Shown: positions 1-9,209 of the stretch, piece after piece
Layout: each line of letters opens with the position of its first letter
How positions within the stretch are numbered: position 1 is the first letter of the stretch
NCBI RefSeq assembly: GCF_000039765.1
Contig: NC_004460.2
Location: 840,001-872,000 of the forward strand
Direction of reading: 5' to 3'
Origin: Vibrio vulnificus CMCP6
GTDB lineage: Bacteria; Pseudomonadota; Gammaproteobacteria; Enterobacterales; Vibrionaceae
DNA: 32,000 bases
Made by a program: the position numbers and the translations under genes
Notes under the pieces: model-generated
The model's database searches: none
Told to the model about the DNA's origin: nothing
The model's input: the letters and a program-made list of their open reading frames with translations, nothing else

Positions 1-549
1 CATACAACGGCAATGGGTTCTTATAACGGTGCGTACGCCTCTCGCCTCTTCCGTTTGCTGCGCATGTCGGGCATCAACTTCGTGGCGAACCCGCTGGTCA
101 ACATCCACCTTCAAGGTCGCTTTGATGACTACCCGAAACGCCGTGGTGTCACGCGCGTAAAAGAGATGCTCAACGCCAACATCAACGTCTGTTTTGGTCA
201 CGATGACGTGTTTGATCCTTGGTACCCACTAGGCACAGCAAACATGCTGCAAGTGCTGCACATGGGTCTGCATGTTTGCCAAGTGATGGGATACGACCAA
301 ATCAACACCTCACTTGATCTGATCAGCACCAACTCAGCGCGTACGCTGAACATTCAAGACAAGCACGGTATTGAAGCAGGTAAACCTGGTAGCTTGCTGA
401 TCCTTCCAGCGGAAAATGGTTTTGATGCTGTGCGTCGCCAAGTGCCGGTTCGTTACTCTGTTCGTCACGGTAAAGTGATTGCGGAAACGCAACCTGCGAC
501 AACGCACATCCACCTTGGTGAGCGTGAACAAGTCACTTTTCAGCGCTAA
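1..549 (+). CDS. codA: Cytosine deaminase, C-terminal part (5' end lies outside the window)
   Basis: Frame 1 is open from base 1 to the TAA at 547-549. The translation ([86 protein letters not shown]) matches long stretches of the E. coli CodA C-terminus as I remember it. A terminator hairpin follows. Confidence 0.85.
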   Translation, partial: HTTAMGSYNGAYASRLFRLLRMSGINFVANPLVNIHLQGRFDDYPKRRGVTRVKEMLNANINVCFGHDDVFDPWYPLGTANMLQVLHMGLHVCQVMGYDQINTSLDLISTNSARTLNIQDKHGIEAGKPGSLLILPAENGFDAVRRQVPVRYSVRHGKVIAETQPATTHIHLGEREQVTFQR

Positions 550-576
550 CATTGGTGATAAATGCCTTTGAAGACG

Positions 577-602
577 AAATTGGCCCATCGGGCCAATTTT
601 TT
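577..602 (+). terminator. Rho-independent terminator of codA
   Basis: Perfect 10-bp stem AAATTGGCCC (577-586) / GGGCCAATTT (590-599) with loop ATC, running into a T tract (597-602), 28 nt after the codA stop. Confidence 0.8.
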
Positions 603-804
603 CATTCAACCCCATTAATATGGAATCAATCTCACATAAATATTAAGTAATTTAATAATAAATTGTGGAATATTTGCGCACTTAAAAAATCACGACTAGT
701 GTTAAGACAACCCAGTGAACCTGAAAAGAGATAGCGAATTTTCAGAATTCACTAACAACGTCACACTCACAACTCTCATATCAATGATAATAACTCAATA
801 TTAA

Positions 805-828
805 ACGGCTCCCTTAGGAGCCGTCTTT
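805..828 (-). terminator. Hairpin terminator candidate downstream of the Lon-like gene
   Basis: 8-bp GC-rich stem ACGGCTCC (805-812) / GGAGCCGT (817-824) with loop CTTA. On the minus strand it is followed by TTTAATATT. It lies 48 nt after the stop at 872. The T tract is imperfect. Confidence 0.45.
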
Positions 829-871
829 GTTACTAGAAAATCAACACATAAAATATTGATTTTATTAGTTA

Positions 872-3232
872 TCACTTTCTCAGCGCGTTGAGTTTGGCTT
901 GAGCAATACCAAAGATAGTGTCAATGGGGTAGCTGCCATCATCGGTGGGCTCGCCCGCCGATTTGCCGGTAAAGATCTCAATTGCTTCAGTGACATGGTC
1001 AATCGCCCAAATATGGAAATCGCCTTTTTCTACGGCTTTAACAATATCTGGTCTCAACATCAGATTATGCACATTCGAGCGTGGAATAATCACCCCTTGT
1101 TGATCATGACGACCTTTGATAGCACACACATCAAAGAAGCCTTCGATCTTCTCGTTTACCCCGCCAATCGGCTGTGACTCACCAAATTGGTTCATCGAGC
1201 CGGTGATCGCGATATCCTGTCGGTTTGGCTGTTTAGAAAACGCCGACACAACGGCACACAACTCCGCCATGCTGGCGCTATCGCCGTCCACACCGCCATA
1301 CGATTGCTCAAACGTAATCGTCGTCGTCAGTGGCACTTTCGCATTACGGCCAAATACCGATGAGAGGTAAGCCGACAATATCATCACGCCTTTAGAGTGA
1401 ATGCTGCCCCCCAAATCCACGCTACGTTCAATATCGATCACCTCACCATCACCATAACAAGTGGTGGCAGTAATACGGTTTGGCGCGCCAAATGCGTGAT
1501 CACTGGTACTCAAAACAGAAAGTGCATTTACTTGGCCCACCGCACTACCTTCGGTACGAATTAACGTGGTGCCATTAATAAATCCTTCCATCACAGCATC
1601 TTGCAATCGGCTCACTCGCATTTCTTGATTGCTCAGAGCCTCCTCAACGTGACCGATGCGGATCATGTTAGAGTTAGACTGCTTGGCCACATAGTTCGAC
1701 TCACGTAGCAAATTGGCAATGTGCGCCGAATGCAATGAGAGCTTGCCTTGGTCTCCCACTAGACGAGAGCTGTGCTCAATGATGCGCGCAATGGCTTTCT
1801 TATCGCAATGCAGCATGCCATTGTCGTGCACCACACTGGAGATAAAGCGCGCGTACTGAAGTTCAGATTCCGGTGTACGCTTCATTTCATCTTCAAAATC
1901 GGCCGTGACTCGGAACAGCTCGCTGAACTCTGGATCGTAGTGTTGTAACAACTGATACGTGCGATAGTCGCCAAACAAAATGATCTTAATGTCGAGAGGA
2001 ATCGGTTCCGGATCAAGTGATACCGCACCAGTCAAGGTCACCTCTTTTTCTAACGAGGTAAAGCTGAGCTGACGAGAACGAAGCGCTCGTTTCAAACCAT
2101 CCCACACGTACGGCTGCTCAAGCACTTTTTGTGCATCCATCAACAGCACGCCACCATTGGCTTTATGCAAGCTACCCGCACGAATTAAGGAGAAATCAGT
2201 AAATACCGTGCCTTTGAATGTCGCGGTTTCAATTGAGCCAAACAGCGTGTGATAGTTCGGTGTTTCTTCTACCACAATAGGAAACTCACCCGTCTTGCGA
2301 CTCACTAGCACGTTCACTTTGTAGCGGCGCGGCAGTTTCTTATCAAGAGAAGCGGTGGCCACTTCACCTTGCTCACCCGTTTCCTCCAAAAAGATATCGG
2401 CGTTTTCGATGATGTCTTTTTGCAGTTCCGTTAAATAGGTTTTGATCTCTGGATATTGTGAATAATCGAGCTTAAGTTGCTTGATAAAGTGCGTAATCAC
2501 ATCGCGAGTGACATCGTCATTGAGCTTTTTGATTTTCTCGCTGTAAGACTCTTCCCATTCGGTTAAGTTACGCACCATCGAACGAAGGTTCACCTCAAGT
2601 TCGTCGATACTTGCTCCAAAGTACTCCTGCTCTTTACGGCTTAGAGCATCAAAAGTCTCCTCCGTATGCAGTTCTTCACCGTTCAACGCGACAAACTGGT
2701 AATCACCTTGTGTGGTGATGGTCAAACTAATGCCTTTTTCTTTGGCATCTTTCGTAATACGCTCGAGTTCTTGTTCCTGCTTTTGTACCAGTTGGTTTTT
2801 CAGCTTATCGGCGCGTGAATAATACATTTCATTATCAAACGCCAGCGGCATTGCGTTGACCAACTTGGTCATCAGTTTCTCAATATCATTACGGAACTGA
2901 ACGCCCACCCCTTGCGGTAACTTGAGCACTTTTGGGGTGCGAATATCTTCGAAGTTCGCGACATAGCACCAATCATACAATGCATTCACGTCATGTTGAT
3001 GGCGGTTTAAATAGCGCAAAATCATCGTACGCTTACCTAGGCCATTCTGGCCAATGGCGTAGATGTTGTAACCTTTTTCCTTGATTGACATAGCAAACTC
3101 AACCGCTTTTTGAGCGCGTTCTTGCCCCACAATCTCGTCAATCGGAGCCAACTCCTTGGTTGACTTACATGGCAGTTGTTCTAATTCAGCCACAGAATAG
3201 AGTTGTGCTGCGGATAATCTTTGAATCGCCAT
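872..3232 (-). CDS. Lon-like serine protease (COG1067 / LonB-LonC type) with an AAA-like domain split by a long helical insertion
   Basis: Intact 786-aa ORF. P-loop-like GQNGLGKRT. Roughly 290 aa of charged, helical sequence separates it from a Walker-B-like VLLMDA. The C-terminal Lon protease fold carries GVDGDSASMAE (catalytic Ser) and GGVNEKIEG (catalytic Lys). I chose the start at 3232 (MAIQRL) because AAGGAGG lies 5 nt upstream; the track's start at 3262 has no RBS. Confidence 0.8.
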   Translation of the reverse strand: MAIQRLSAAQLYSVAELEQLPCKSTKELAPIDEIVGQERAQKAVEFAMSIKEKGYNIYAIGQNGLGKRTMILRYLNRHQHDVNALYDWCYVANFEDIRTPKVLKLPQGVGVQFRNDIEKLMTKLVNAMPLAFDNEMYYSRADKLKNQLVQKQEQELERITKDAKEKGISLTITTQGDYQFVALNGEELHTEETFDALSRKEQEYFGASIDELEVNLRSMVRNLTEWEESYSEKIKKLNDDVTRDVITHFIKQLKLDYSQYPEIKTYLTELQKDIIENADIFLEETGEQGEVATASLDKKLPRRYKVNVLVSRKTGEFPIVVEETPNYHTLFGSIETATFKGTVFTDFSLIRAGSLHKANGGVLLMDAQKVLEQPYVWDGLKRALRSRQLSFTSLEKEVTLTGAVSLDPEPIPLDIKIILFGDYRTYQLLQHYDPEFSELFRVTADFEDEMKRTPESELQYARFISSVVHDNGMLHCDKKAIARIIEHSSRLVGDQGKLSLHSAHIANLLRESNYVAKQSNSNMIRIGHVEEALSNQEMRVSRLQDAVMEGFINGTTLIRTEGSAVGQVNALSVLSTSDHAFGAPNRITATTCYGDGEVIDIERSVDLGGSIHSKGVMILSAYLSSVFGRNAKVPLTTTITFEQSYGGVDGDSASMAELCAVVSAFSKQPNRQDIAITGSMNQFGESQPIGGVNEKIEGFFDVCAIKGRHDQQGVIIPRSNVHNLMLRPDIVKAVEKGDFHIWAIDHVTEAIEIFTGKSAGEPTDDGSYPIDTIFGIAQAKLNALRK

Positions 3233-3347
3233 AGCTGCCTCCTTGTTTATTGTTCTTGTCATTCTTCCCAGTTAGCTCAATCCATTCTTCGCTATATTGA
3301 GCTCTCAGGAGGTTCTTTACTCCACACTACCTCAAGTCTAGTCGGAA

Positions 3348-3375
3348 ATAATAGAATTTTTAGTGACTTATGCAA
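3348..3375 (-). promoter_or_regulatory. Candidate sigma70 promoter for the Lon-like gene
   Basis: The minus strand reads TTGCAT-N16-TATTAT (-35 at 3375-3370, -10 at 3353-3348). This would give a 5' UTR of about 110 nt. It is a pattern match only. Confidence 0.3.
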
Positions 3376-3447
3376 CACGCCAGCGCAAGTGAGCAGAAAT
3401 GCAGCAATTGTTAAACAAATTAAGACAAATGATATAAACTTGCATTT

Positions 3448-3466
3448 GATAATAATTTTCATTTAA
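3448..3466. promoter_or_regulatory. Fur-box-like AT-rich element upstream of the 3501 / ABC ATPase unit
   Basis: GATAATAATTTTCATTTAA matches the 19-bp Fur consensus GATAATGATAATCATTATC at 13/19 positions (my manual count). It lies 35-53 nt upstream of the GTG start at 3501. Confidence 0.3.
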
Positions 3467-3500
3467 ACTTCAAGAATCGCGTTTTAGACAGGAGAGTAAA

Positions 3501-4001
3501 GTGAACATCGAACAATGCTGGATGCGCTTTCTTAAAGCCCAAGAGTTAATGGAACAAGGTCATTGGCCGGAAGCTCATCACTTATTTAGTGAAGTGCTCA
3601 CTTACTTGCCTACCCATATTCAGTCAGCCGCACATGACTGTGAACTCAAACCGTGTCAGCTCGTTTGTTTGCTCAGCGGATTACGTGAAGCCAGTATCAT
3701 GCAGTCTGAACTGTATAACCGCTTGGGGCTCTATCAAGACGCTTTTTCTACCCTCAACAACACCTATGCTCTGTTCCAATTTGTGGCACTTGAGCAAAGT
3801 GAACTCATTCAACGTGTGCACTCCATGTTAAGCAAACATTGCGATGATTTACTCTCGTACATGACGGCGTTTTGCCGAGCACAACGGAATGCGCAATGGA
3901 TGCTGGAGTTAGATCATGTCAACCGCGCCCACGCGCAGTTTGCAACGCTACAGCTTTTTAATGGTAGCGCTCCACAGCACGCTTCTCGCGTCCTTAACTA
4001 A
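3501..4001 (+). CDS. Hypothetical small helical protein (166 aa, 10 His and 6 Cys)
   Basis: ORF with a GTG start preceded by GGAG (3491-3494) at 6-nt spacing. It ends 14 nt before the ABC ATPase start, so co-transcription is likely. I recognise no family. The sequence composition suggests an all-alpha, TPR-like fold. Confidence 0.6.
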   Translation: MNIEQCWMRFLKAQELMEQGHWPEAHHLFSEVLTYLPTHIQSAAHDCELKPCQLVCLLSGLREASIMQSELYNRLGLYQDAFSTLNNTYALFQFVALEQSELIQRVHSMLSKHCDDLLSYMTAFCRAQRNAQWMLELDHVNRAHAQFATLQLFNGSAPQHASRVLN

Positions 4002-4015
4002 GACAAGGAATTACA

Positions 4016-5644
4016 ATGTCATCAAGAACCATTCTTACGGTGAACAACCTCTCGGTCAGTTTTAAGACCAACGATGGAATCGTCGATGCAGTTAAGAATG
4101 TTAGCTTCGATCTCCAAGCTGGAGAAACCCTCTCAATTGTTGGTGAATCTGGCTCTGGCAAGTCTGTCTCTTCCAGTGCTTTGATGAAACTGTTGCCCAA
4201 TAACGCGATTGTCCATCCGGATTCCTCGATTTTATTTGAAGGGGAATCGATTCTTGAGAAATCAGAGCAAGCGATGCGCAAGGTCCGGGGCGATCGCATC
4301 GGGATGATTTTCCAAGAGCCAATGACGTCACTCAATCCGTTTATGCGTGTGGGCATCCAAGTTGCAGAAGCAATGATGTGTCACCGTAAGGTGACGCAAA
4401 AACAGGCCAAACACCGAGTACTCGAGTTGTTCGAACTCGTTCATTTGCCGAATCCGCAACAGGCTTATTCAAAATTCCCTCACGAATTTTCTGGTGGTCA
4501 ATTGCAACGCATCATGATCGCAATGGCGTTGATCAATGAACCTGAAATTTTGATTGCAGATGAACCCACCACGGCATTAGATGTCACGGTGCAAGCGGAA
4601 GTACTCTATCTGATCAAAGAGATTCAAGCCAAGATGGGCATGGCGATATTGTTCATCACCCATGATCTGGGCGTGGTAAAGCACTTTGCCGATCGCGTGT
4701 TGGTGATGTGCAAAGGGGAAGTCGTTGAAGAAGGGAGCACACAAACGCTGTTTTCCAACCCGCAGCACGACTACACCAAGATGCTGATCAATTCCATTCC
4801 AAAGGGAAGCAAAGAAGCGGTTGATGAATCTGCCCCTATGCTGCTCAAAGCGCAAGACATTCGTGTTAAGTTTCTCGTTAAACCGCACTTTTTACCGAGT
4901 CGAAACCAATACTTCGAAGCAGTTAAAGGCATCTCGCTGCAATTAAAGCAAGGCGAAACACTCGGTATCGTCGGTGAGTCGGGCTCTGGAAAATCGACTC
5001 TCGGTCGCGCGCTCATCGGTTTGCTGCCTTCCACTGGTGAGATCGAATTTCAAGGTCAATCACTTGCTCAATTGAGCGAAAAAGCACGTTTCGACCTCAA
5101 GAAACAAGTACAGATGGTGTTTCAAGACCCATATGGTTCGTTGTCACCGCGTATGACAGTGGGCGAAATCATCACCGAAGCGTTGACGGTTCACCGCCCT
5201 GAGCTAAGCAAGCAGCAACGTATGAGCATGGCACGCGAAGCGCTGAAAGAAGTGCGTTTGGATCCGACGTCGATTAACCGTTATCCACACGAATTTTCCG
5301 GTGGCCAACGTCAACGCATTGCGATTGCACGGGCGTTGATCCTCAAACCTGCGTTTATTCTGCTCGATGAACCCACCTCGGCACTGGATCGCTCTGTCCA
5401 ATTGACGGTCATCGACTTACTTAAAGATCTGCAGAAAAAATACAACATCGGTTATCTGTTTATTAGCCATGATCTTTCGGTTGTTAAAGCCTTGTCTGAT
5501 CGCGTCCTAGTGATGCAAAAAGGTGAAGTGATGGAGCAAGGCAGTGCTGACGATATTTTCCACCAGCCGCAAAGTGACTACACCAAAAAACTCATCAGCG
5601 CGTCGTTTGATCTCGATGAGCCACAGATTGAAGAAGTCGCTTAA
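4016..5644 (+). CDS. Fused double ABC ATPase of the oligopeptide/dipeptide (OppD/DppD, YejF-like) type, with no permease or binding protein adjacent
   Basis: Two complete ABC cassettes: GESGSGKSV / FSGGQLQR / [12 protein letters not shown] and GESGSGKST / FSGGQRQR / [11 protein letters not shown]. Each is followed by the Opp/Dpp-type C-terminal motif ([11 protein letters not shown]; [11 protein letters not shown]). RBS AAGGA lies 6 nt upstream of the ATG. Confidence 0.85.
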   Translation: MSSRTILTVNNLSVSFKTNDGIVDAVKNVSFDLQAGETLSIVGESGSGKSVSSSALMKLLPNNAIVHPDSSILFEGESILEKSEQAMRKVRGDRIGMIFQEPMTSLNPFMRVGIQVAEAMMCHRKVTQKQAKHRVLELFELVHLPNPQQAYSKFPHEFSGGQLQRIMIAMALINEPEILIADEPTTALDVTVQAEVLYLIKEIQAKMGMAILFITHDLGVVKHFADRVLVMCKGEVVEEGSTQTLFSNPQHDYTKMLINSIPKGSKEAVDESAPMLLKAQDIRVKFLVKPHFLPSRNQYFEAVKGISLQLKQGETLGIVGESGSGKSTLGRALIGLLPSTGEIEFQGQSLAQLSEKARFDLKKQVQMVFQDPYGSLSPRMTVGEIITEALTVHRPELSKQQRMSMAREALKEVRLDPTSINRYPHEFSGGQRQRIAIARALILKPAFILLDEPTSALDRSVQLTVIDLLKDLQKKYNIGYLFISHDLSVVKALSDRVLVMQKGEVMEQGSADDIFHQPQSDYTKKLISASFDLDEPQIEEVA

Positions 5645-5771
5645 GTCGACTCAAACGAGGACCAACTCGCAAGTTCACATTACAACGTCAATGGAAAAAG
5701 TAGAACATGGCTGTTCTTTGGCTTGGCCGCCAACCCAATAGTGACTTGGGCTGAAAATAAGCGTCACAAAC

Positions 5772-5802
5772 AAAAATGCCGCGAACATATCGCGGCATTT
5801 TT
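5772..5802. terminator. Bidirectional rho-independent terminator between convergent genes
   Basis: Perfect 12-bp stem AAAAATGCCGCG (5772-5783) / CGCGGCATTTTT (5791-5802) with a 7-nt loop. An A tract on one side and a T tract on the other serve both the ABC gene (+) and the prolyl oligopeptidase gene (-). Confidence 0.8.
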
Positions 5803-5826
5803 ACATCCCTTAGATGAATAAACGGA

Positions 5827-7863
5827 TTACTTTAATGCGGTGATTCCCATATTGAACAACGTAAACGCATACATATCCGCAGAGAGATCGATCATTTTGC
5901 TCATCGGCATACCCGCGCCGTGCCCGGCATTGACATCAATTCGGATCAGTACCGGATTCGCGCCTTGGTGCTTCTCTTGCAGCTCGGCAATGAACTTATA
6001 AGAGTGCGCAGGCACAACACGATCATCGTGATCGGCCGTGGTCACAAGGGTTGCTGGGTAGGCTGTACCTTCCTTGACGTTGTGTACCGGAGAGTAGCCC
6101 AACAAATACTGGAACATCTCTTCACTTTGCGCCGAGGTGCCGTAGTCGTATTTCCAACCTTCACCAGAGGTGAAAGTGTGGTAGCGCAGCATATCCAACA
6201 CCCCAACGGCAGGCAGTGCCACTTTGAACAGCTCTGGTCGCTGAGTCATACAGGCACCCACAAGCAAACCACCATTTGAACCACCACGAATCGCCAAATA
6301 GTCCGAACTGGTGTATTGCTGTTCAATTAAATATTCTGCGGCGGCAACGAAGTCATCAAACACATTCTGCTTTTGCAATTGCGTTCCAGCATTGTGCCAA
6401 GCCTTACCGTATTCACCGCCACCACGTAAGTTAGCGACCGCGTAAACGCCACCCAACTCAAGCCAGCTGGCTACCATGCCTGAAAAGGCAGGCGTCAAAC
6501 TGACATCGAAGCCACCGTAACCATAGAGAATCGTCGGATTTTTACCGTTGAGTTCAATCCCTTTCTTATAAGAGATGATCATCGGGATCAAGGTGCCATC
6601 TTTCGATGGGTAGAACACTTGCTGTGATTCAAACTGAGTGCGATCGAAAGGCGCTTTTGACTCTTGGAACACCTGAGACTCACCGCTGTTCACATCCAGC
6701 GAGAAAATCGTCGGCGGTGTGACGTAATTGGTGAATGTGTAGTAGAGCGTAGTTTGGCTCTTCTTCCCTTCGAGCCCCGTTGCGGTGCCTTCGCCGGGCA
6801 GCGTAATTTCTCGAACTTTTTTCCCTTGGTAGCTGTACTGCACGACTTTTGACAGCGCATCAACCATGTAGGTCGCAAAAAGATAACCACCTGCCGCCAC
6901 CACCTCGAGAGGCTGATCTTGCTCGGCGATCACATCACGCCATTGACCACTTTCAATGTCCACACTCACTACTTTACCGTTTGGCGCATCCAAGTTGGTG
7001 TAGAGAAGAAACTCACGATCGGTCGAATCCAGCAAATGCGTATCAGAGTCAACGTGATCCAACAAGGTGTAAATCTGGCGCTCATCACTTTGCAGATCGA
7101 CATAAAACAAGCGGTTACCCGACGTTGACTCGTGGCCACTGATTACCAAGTAGCGATCGTCTTCGCTTGTCTGTCCATAAACGTAGCGATGCAGTTCGCC
7201 TTCCGCCTCGCCGAAAACCAACACATCATCGGATTGTGGTGTACCCAGTTGATGGTAATAGAGTTTGTGCTGTTCTGTTCTGGCTGACAGCTCGCTGCCT
7301 TGCGGCTTGTCATAACGCGAGTAGTAAAAACCTTGATTGCCCAACCACGACACACCGGTAAATTTCGCATCGACAATTTCAGGTTCGATTTGCTCACCTG
7401 TTTCGGCATTGAGCACAAAAATCTTACGCCAGTCACTTCCCCCTTCAGAGATAGTGTACGCCACCAGCGAGTCATCTTTTGAGAAAAACACGCCAGAAAG
7501 TGAGGTCGTGCCATCGTCAGAAAACCCGTTCGGGTCAAGAAATACCTGCGCAGCTTCGTCACCTTTGCGGCGATAGAGGACACTTTGGTTTTGTAAGCCG
7601 TCATTTTTGTAGAAGTAGGTGTATTCCCCATGCACAAAAGGCTGAGAAGATTTTTCGTAATCTTGACTCGCGGCGATTTGCTCTCTGAGTTGCTGGCGAA
7701 AACCAATCTGGCCTAGATAGTCAAATGTGATGGCGTTTTGCCCTGATACCCACTCTGTGGTTTCTGCACTGCGATCGTCTTCTAACCAACGATAGGGATC
7801 GGCCACCGCATGGCCGAAGTAATGATCAACAATTGGGTCTTTACGTGTTTTGATGTATTGCAT
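5827..7863 (-). CDS. Prolyl oligopeptidase (prolyl endopeptidase, S9A family)
   Basis: N-terminal DPYRWLED motif. A beta-propeller-length middle region. C-terminal catalytic domain with GGSNGGLL (nucleophile Ser), TADHDDRV (Asp) and NAGHGAG (His). I set the start at 7863 (MQYIKTRKDP), which has AAGGA 4 nt upstream; the track's GTG at 7893 lacks an RBS. Confidence 0.9.
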   Translation of the reverse strand: MQYIKTRKDPIVDHYFGHAVADPYRWLEDDRSAETTEWVSGQNAITFDYLGQIGFRQQLREQIAASQDYEKSSQPFVHGEYTYFYKNDGLQNQSVLYRRKGDEAAQVFLDPNGFSDDGTTSLSGVFFSKDDSLVAYTISEGGSDWRKIFVLNAETGEQIEPEIVDAKFTGVSWLGNQGFYYSRYDKPQGSELSARTEQHKLYYHQLGTPQSDDVLVFGEAEGELHRYVYGQTSEDDRYLVISGHESTSGNRLFYVDLQSDERQIYTLLDHVDSDTHLLDSTDREFLLYTNLDAPNGKVVSVDIESGQWRDVIAEQDQPLEVVAAGGYLFATYMVDALSKVVQYSYQGKKVREITLPGEGTATGLEGKKSQTTLYYTFTNYVTPPTIFSLDVNSGESQVFQESKAPFDRTQFESQQVFYPSKDGTLIPMIISYKKGIELNGKNPTILYGYGGFDVSLTPAFSGMVASWLELGGVYAVANLRGGGEYGKAWHNAGTQLQKQNVFDDFVAAAEYLIEQQYTSSDYLAIRGGSNGGLLVGACMTQRPELFKVALPAVGVLDMLRYHTFTSGEGWKYDYGTSAQSEEMFQYLLGYSPVHNVKEGTAYPATLVTTADHDDRVVPAHSYKFIAELQEKHQGANPVLIRIDVNAGHGAGMPMSKMIDLSADMYAFTLFNMGITALK

Positions 7864-7898
7864 AACGTCCTTGTGACTCTTTGTGTGAAGCACTTTCT

Positions 7899-7932
7899 AT
7901 AAAAAGCATGAAGGCCAAATGGCCTTCATGCT
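7899..7932 (-). terminator. Rho-independent terminator downstream of the LysR gene
   Basis: Perfect 12-bp stem AGCATGAAGGCC (7905-7916) / GGCCTTCATGCT (7921-7932) with loop AAAT. On the minus strand it is followed by TTTTTAT (plus-strand ATAAAAA, 7898-7904). Confidence 0.75.
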
Positions 7933-8097
7933 TTAGGGTTTGCTTATGGTTGTAATGAGAATAATTTTCACCCCTTAACTTAGGGCTTACTGCGCGGTTT
8001 TCAAGGTAAAGATTGCAACATTTCTTGAAATGATGACTCAATCGCAATTTATTACTTATCATCAATCAAAGTCAGCGCCTCTCAACATCAGCAACAC

Positions 8098-8997
8098 TCA
8101 AAAATAGTGGGAAATGGTCAGATAACGCTCCCGAATATGCTCAATTAATAAACGCACTTTATTCGGTGGCTGGCGAGTGAACGGATAGACCGCATAGATG
8201 CCCAATTTTTTACCAACTTGTTCTGGAAAAATATCCACCAGCTGACCATTACGAAAATCGTGGTACACCAAGCAGCGAGGAACATAGGCAATACCATGGC
8301 CACCTAACGCCGCTTTGCGCAAAGCCGTTGCGTTGTCGGTCGAAAAACACCCTGCCACTCGCACAATGTAGTTGCCTTTTTCCCCCTTAAACTCCCACTC
8401 CGACGCTCCTGTGGTTTGGTAGGCATACTGCAAGCAGTTGTGTTGAGTTAAATCAGAAGGGATTACTGGTTTGCCATTTTTGGCAATGTAGGAAGGAGAA
8501 GCGCACACCACCCATTGAGAGTCGAGAATGTGCCTAGCAATCAAGCTGGAATCCTCAAGATAGCCGGTGCGAATGACCAGATCATAGCCGCCTGACACGA
8601 GGTCAACAAATCGGTTATCTAACGACATATCGACGGTTAATCCTGGGTGCTGGTTACAAAATTCGGCAACCGCATCCGCCAATATCAAATCACCCGAAAT
8701 CGTCGGTACCGACATTTTGATATGGCCACTGACATTCTCTCCAAAGCCTGCAACGGCATCCATAGCCTCCTGAGTGGCTTGCTTCACATTTTTGGCACTA
8801 TGCAGTAACGCCTTGCCCGCCTCGGTCAACGTCAATTTTCGCGTTGTTCGATATAATAATTGAGCGCCAATTTCTTCTTCAAGTCGCGCAATTCTTTTGC
8901 TAACCACCGAATTTGTAAGGCTATTTTCTTCAGCCACCTTACTAAAACTGCCCTGTTCAACCACTTGGCTAAATAAGATTAAGTCATCTGCACGCAT
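8098..8997 (-). CDS. LysR-family transcriptional regulator, divergent from lldP (candidate lactate-cluster regulator)
   Basis: 299 aa. Typical LysR N-terminal wHTH ([44 protein letters not shown]) plus a substrate-binding domain. Divergent arrangement with lldP across a 212-bp intergenic region. Confidence 0.9.
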   Translation of the reverse strand: MRADDLILFSQVVEQGSFSKVAEENSLTNSVVSKRIARLEEEIGAQLLYRTTRKLTLTEAGKALLHSAKNVKQATQEAMDAVAGFGENVSGHIKMSVPTISGDLILADAVAEFCNQHPGLTVDMSLDNRFVDLVSGGYDLVIRTGYLEDSSLIARHILDSQWVVCASPSYIAKNGKPVIPSDLTQHNCLQYAYQTTGASEWEFKGEKGNYIVRVAGCFSTDNATALRKAALGGHGIAYVPRCLVYHDFRNGQLVDIFPEQVGKKLGIYAVYPFTRQPPNKVRLLIEHIRERYLTISHYF

Positions 8998-9020
8998 TGG
9001 ATTATGTCATTTTTGGAAGG

Positions 9021-9033
9021 AATGATTTTCATT
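9021..9033. promoter_or_regulatory. Perfect palindrome AATGA-TTT-TCATT in the LysR/lldP divergent region (operator candidate)
   Basis: Read directly from the sequence. It lies 24 bp from the LysR start codon. Its geometry fits the T-N11-A type dyad typical of LysR boxes. It also matches the Fur consensus at 13/19, so the cognate protein is ambiguous. Confidence 0.3.
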
Positions 9034-9209
9034 ATTTCCCTATATCAATAAAAAATAAAGGGGTAAATTCACGCCAAATTAACAAGCCCATTACAAAAAC
9101 AATAAGCTTTTTTCAATTATCCGTGTCAGTTGAACACTGCAATTGGAAGTCAGACCAACCTGATACCCCTACTCCATCAAGGTTGATCAAGCTGTACGAG
9201 GAAGTACTT

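Noticed and set aside
872-3232. Lon-like protease as BrxL or another defence-system component
   Set aside because: No PglX, PglZ, BrxA-C, methyltransferase, helicase or nuclease genes are nearby. The flanks are codA and an ABC ATPase, and the architecture (helical insertion, degenerate P-loop) fits the LonC / COG1067 class instead.
4016-5644. Double ABC ATPase as an ABC-F translation or antibiotic-resistance factor
   Set aside because: The Walker A sequence GESGSGKS and the Opp/Dpp-type C-terminal motifs after each cassette indicate a transporter-energising YejF/OppDF-type ATPase. There is no long charged inter-domain linker of the ABC-F type.
7143-7706. 187-aa antisense-frame ORF inside the prolyl oligopeptidase gene, with similar long shadow ORFs at 9113-9764 inside lldP and 10367-10738
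   Set aside because: They are embedded opposite or out of frame in genes with strong family signatures. Their composition is skewed (Arg/Ser/Thr-rich), they have no RBS and they resemble no recognisable family. They are typical shadow ORFs.
8997-9209. 71-codon N-terminal extension of the lactate permease ORF
   Set aside because: The extension is AT-rich promoter-like sequence and overlaps the divergent LysR start codon. The permease-family N-terminus and a GAGGAAG RBS appear only at 9210.
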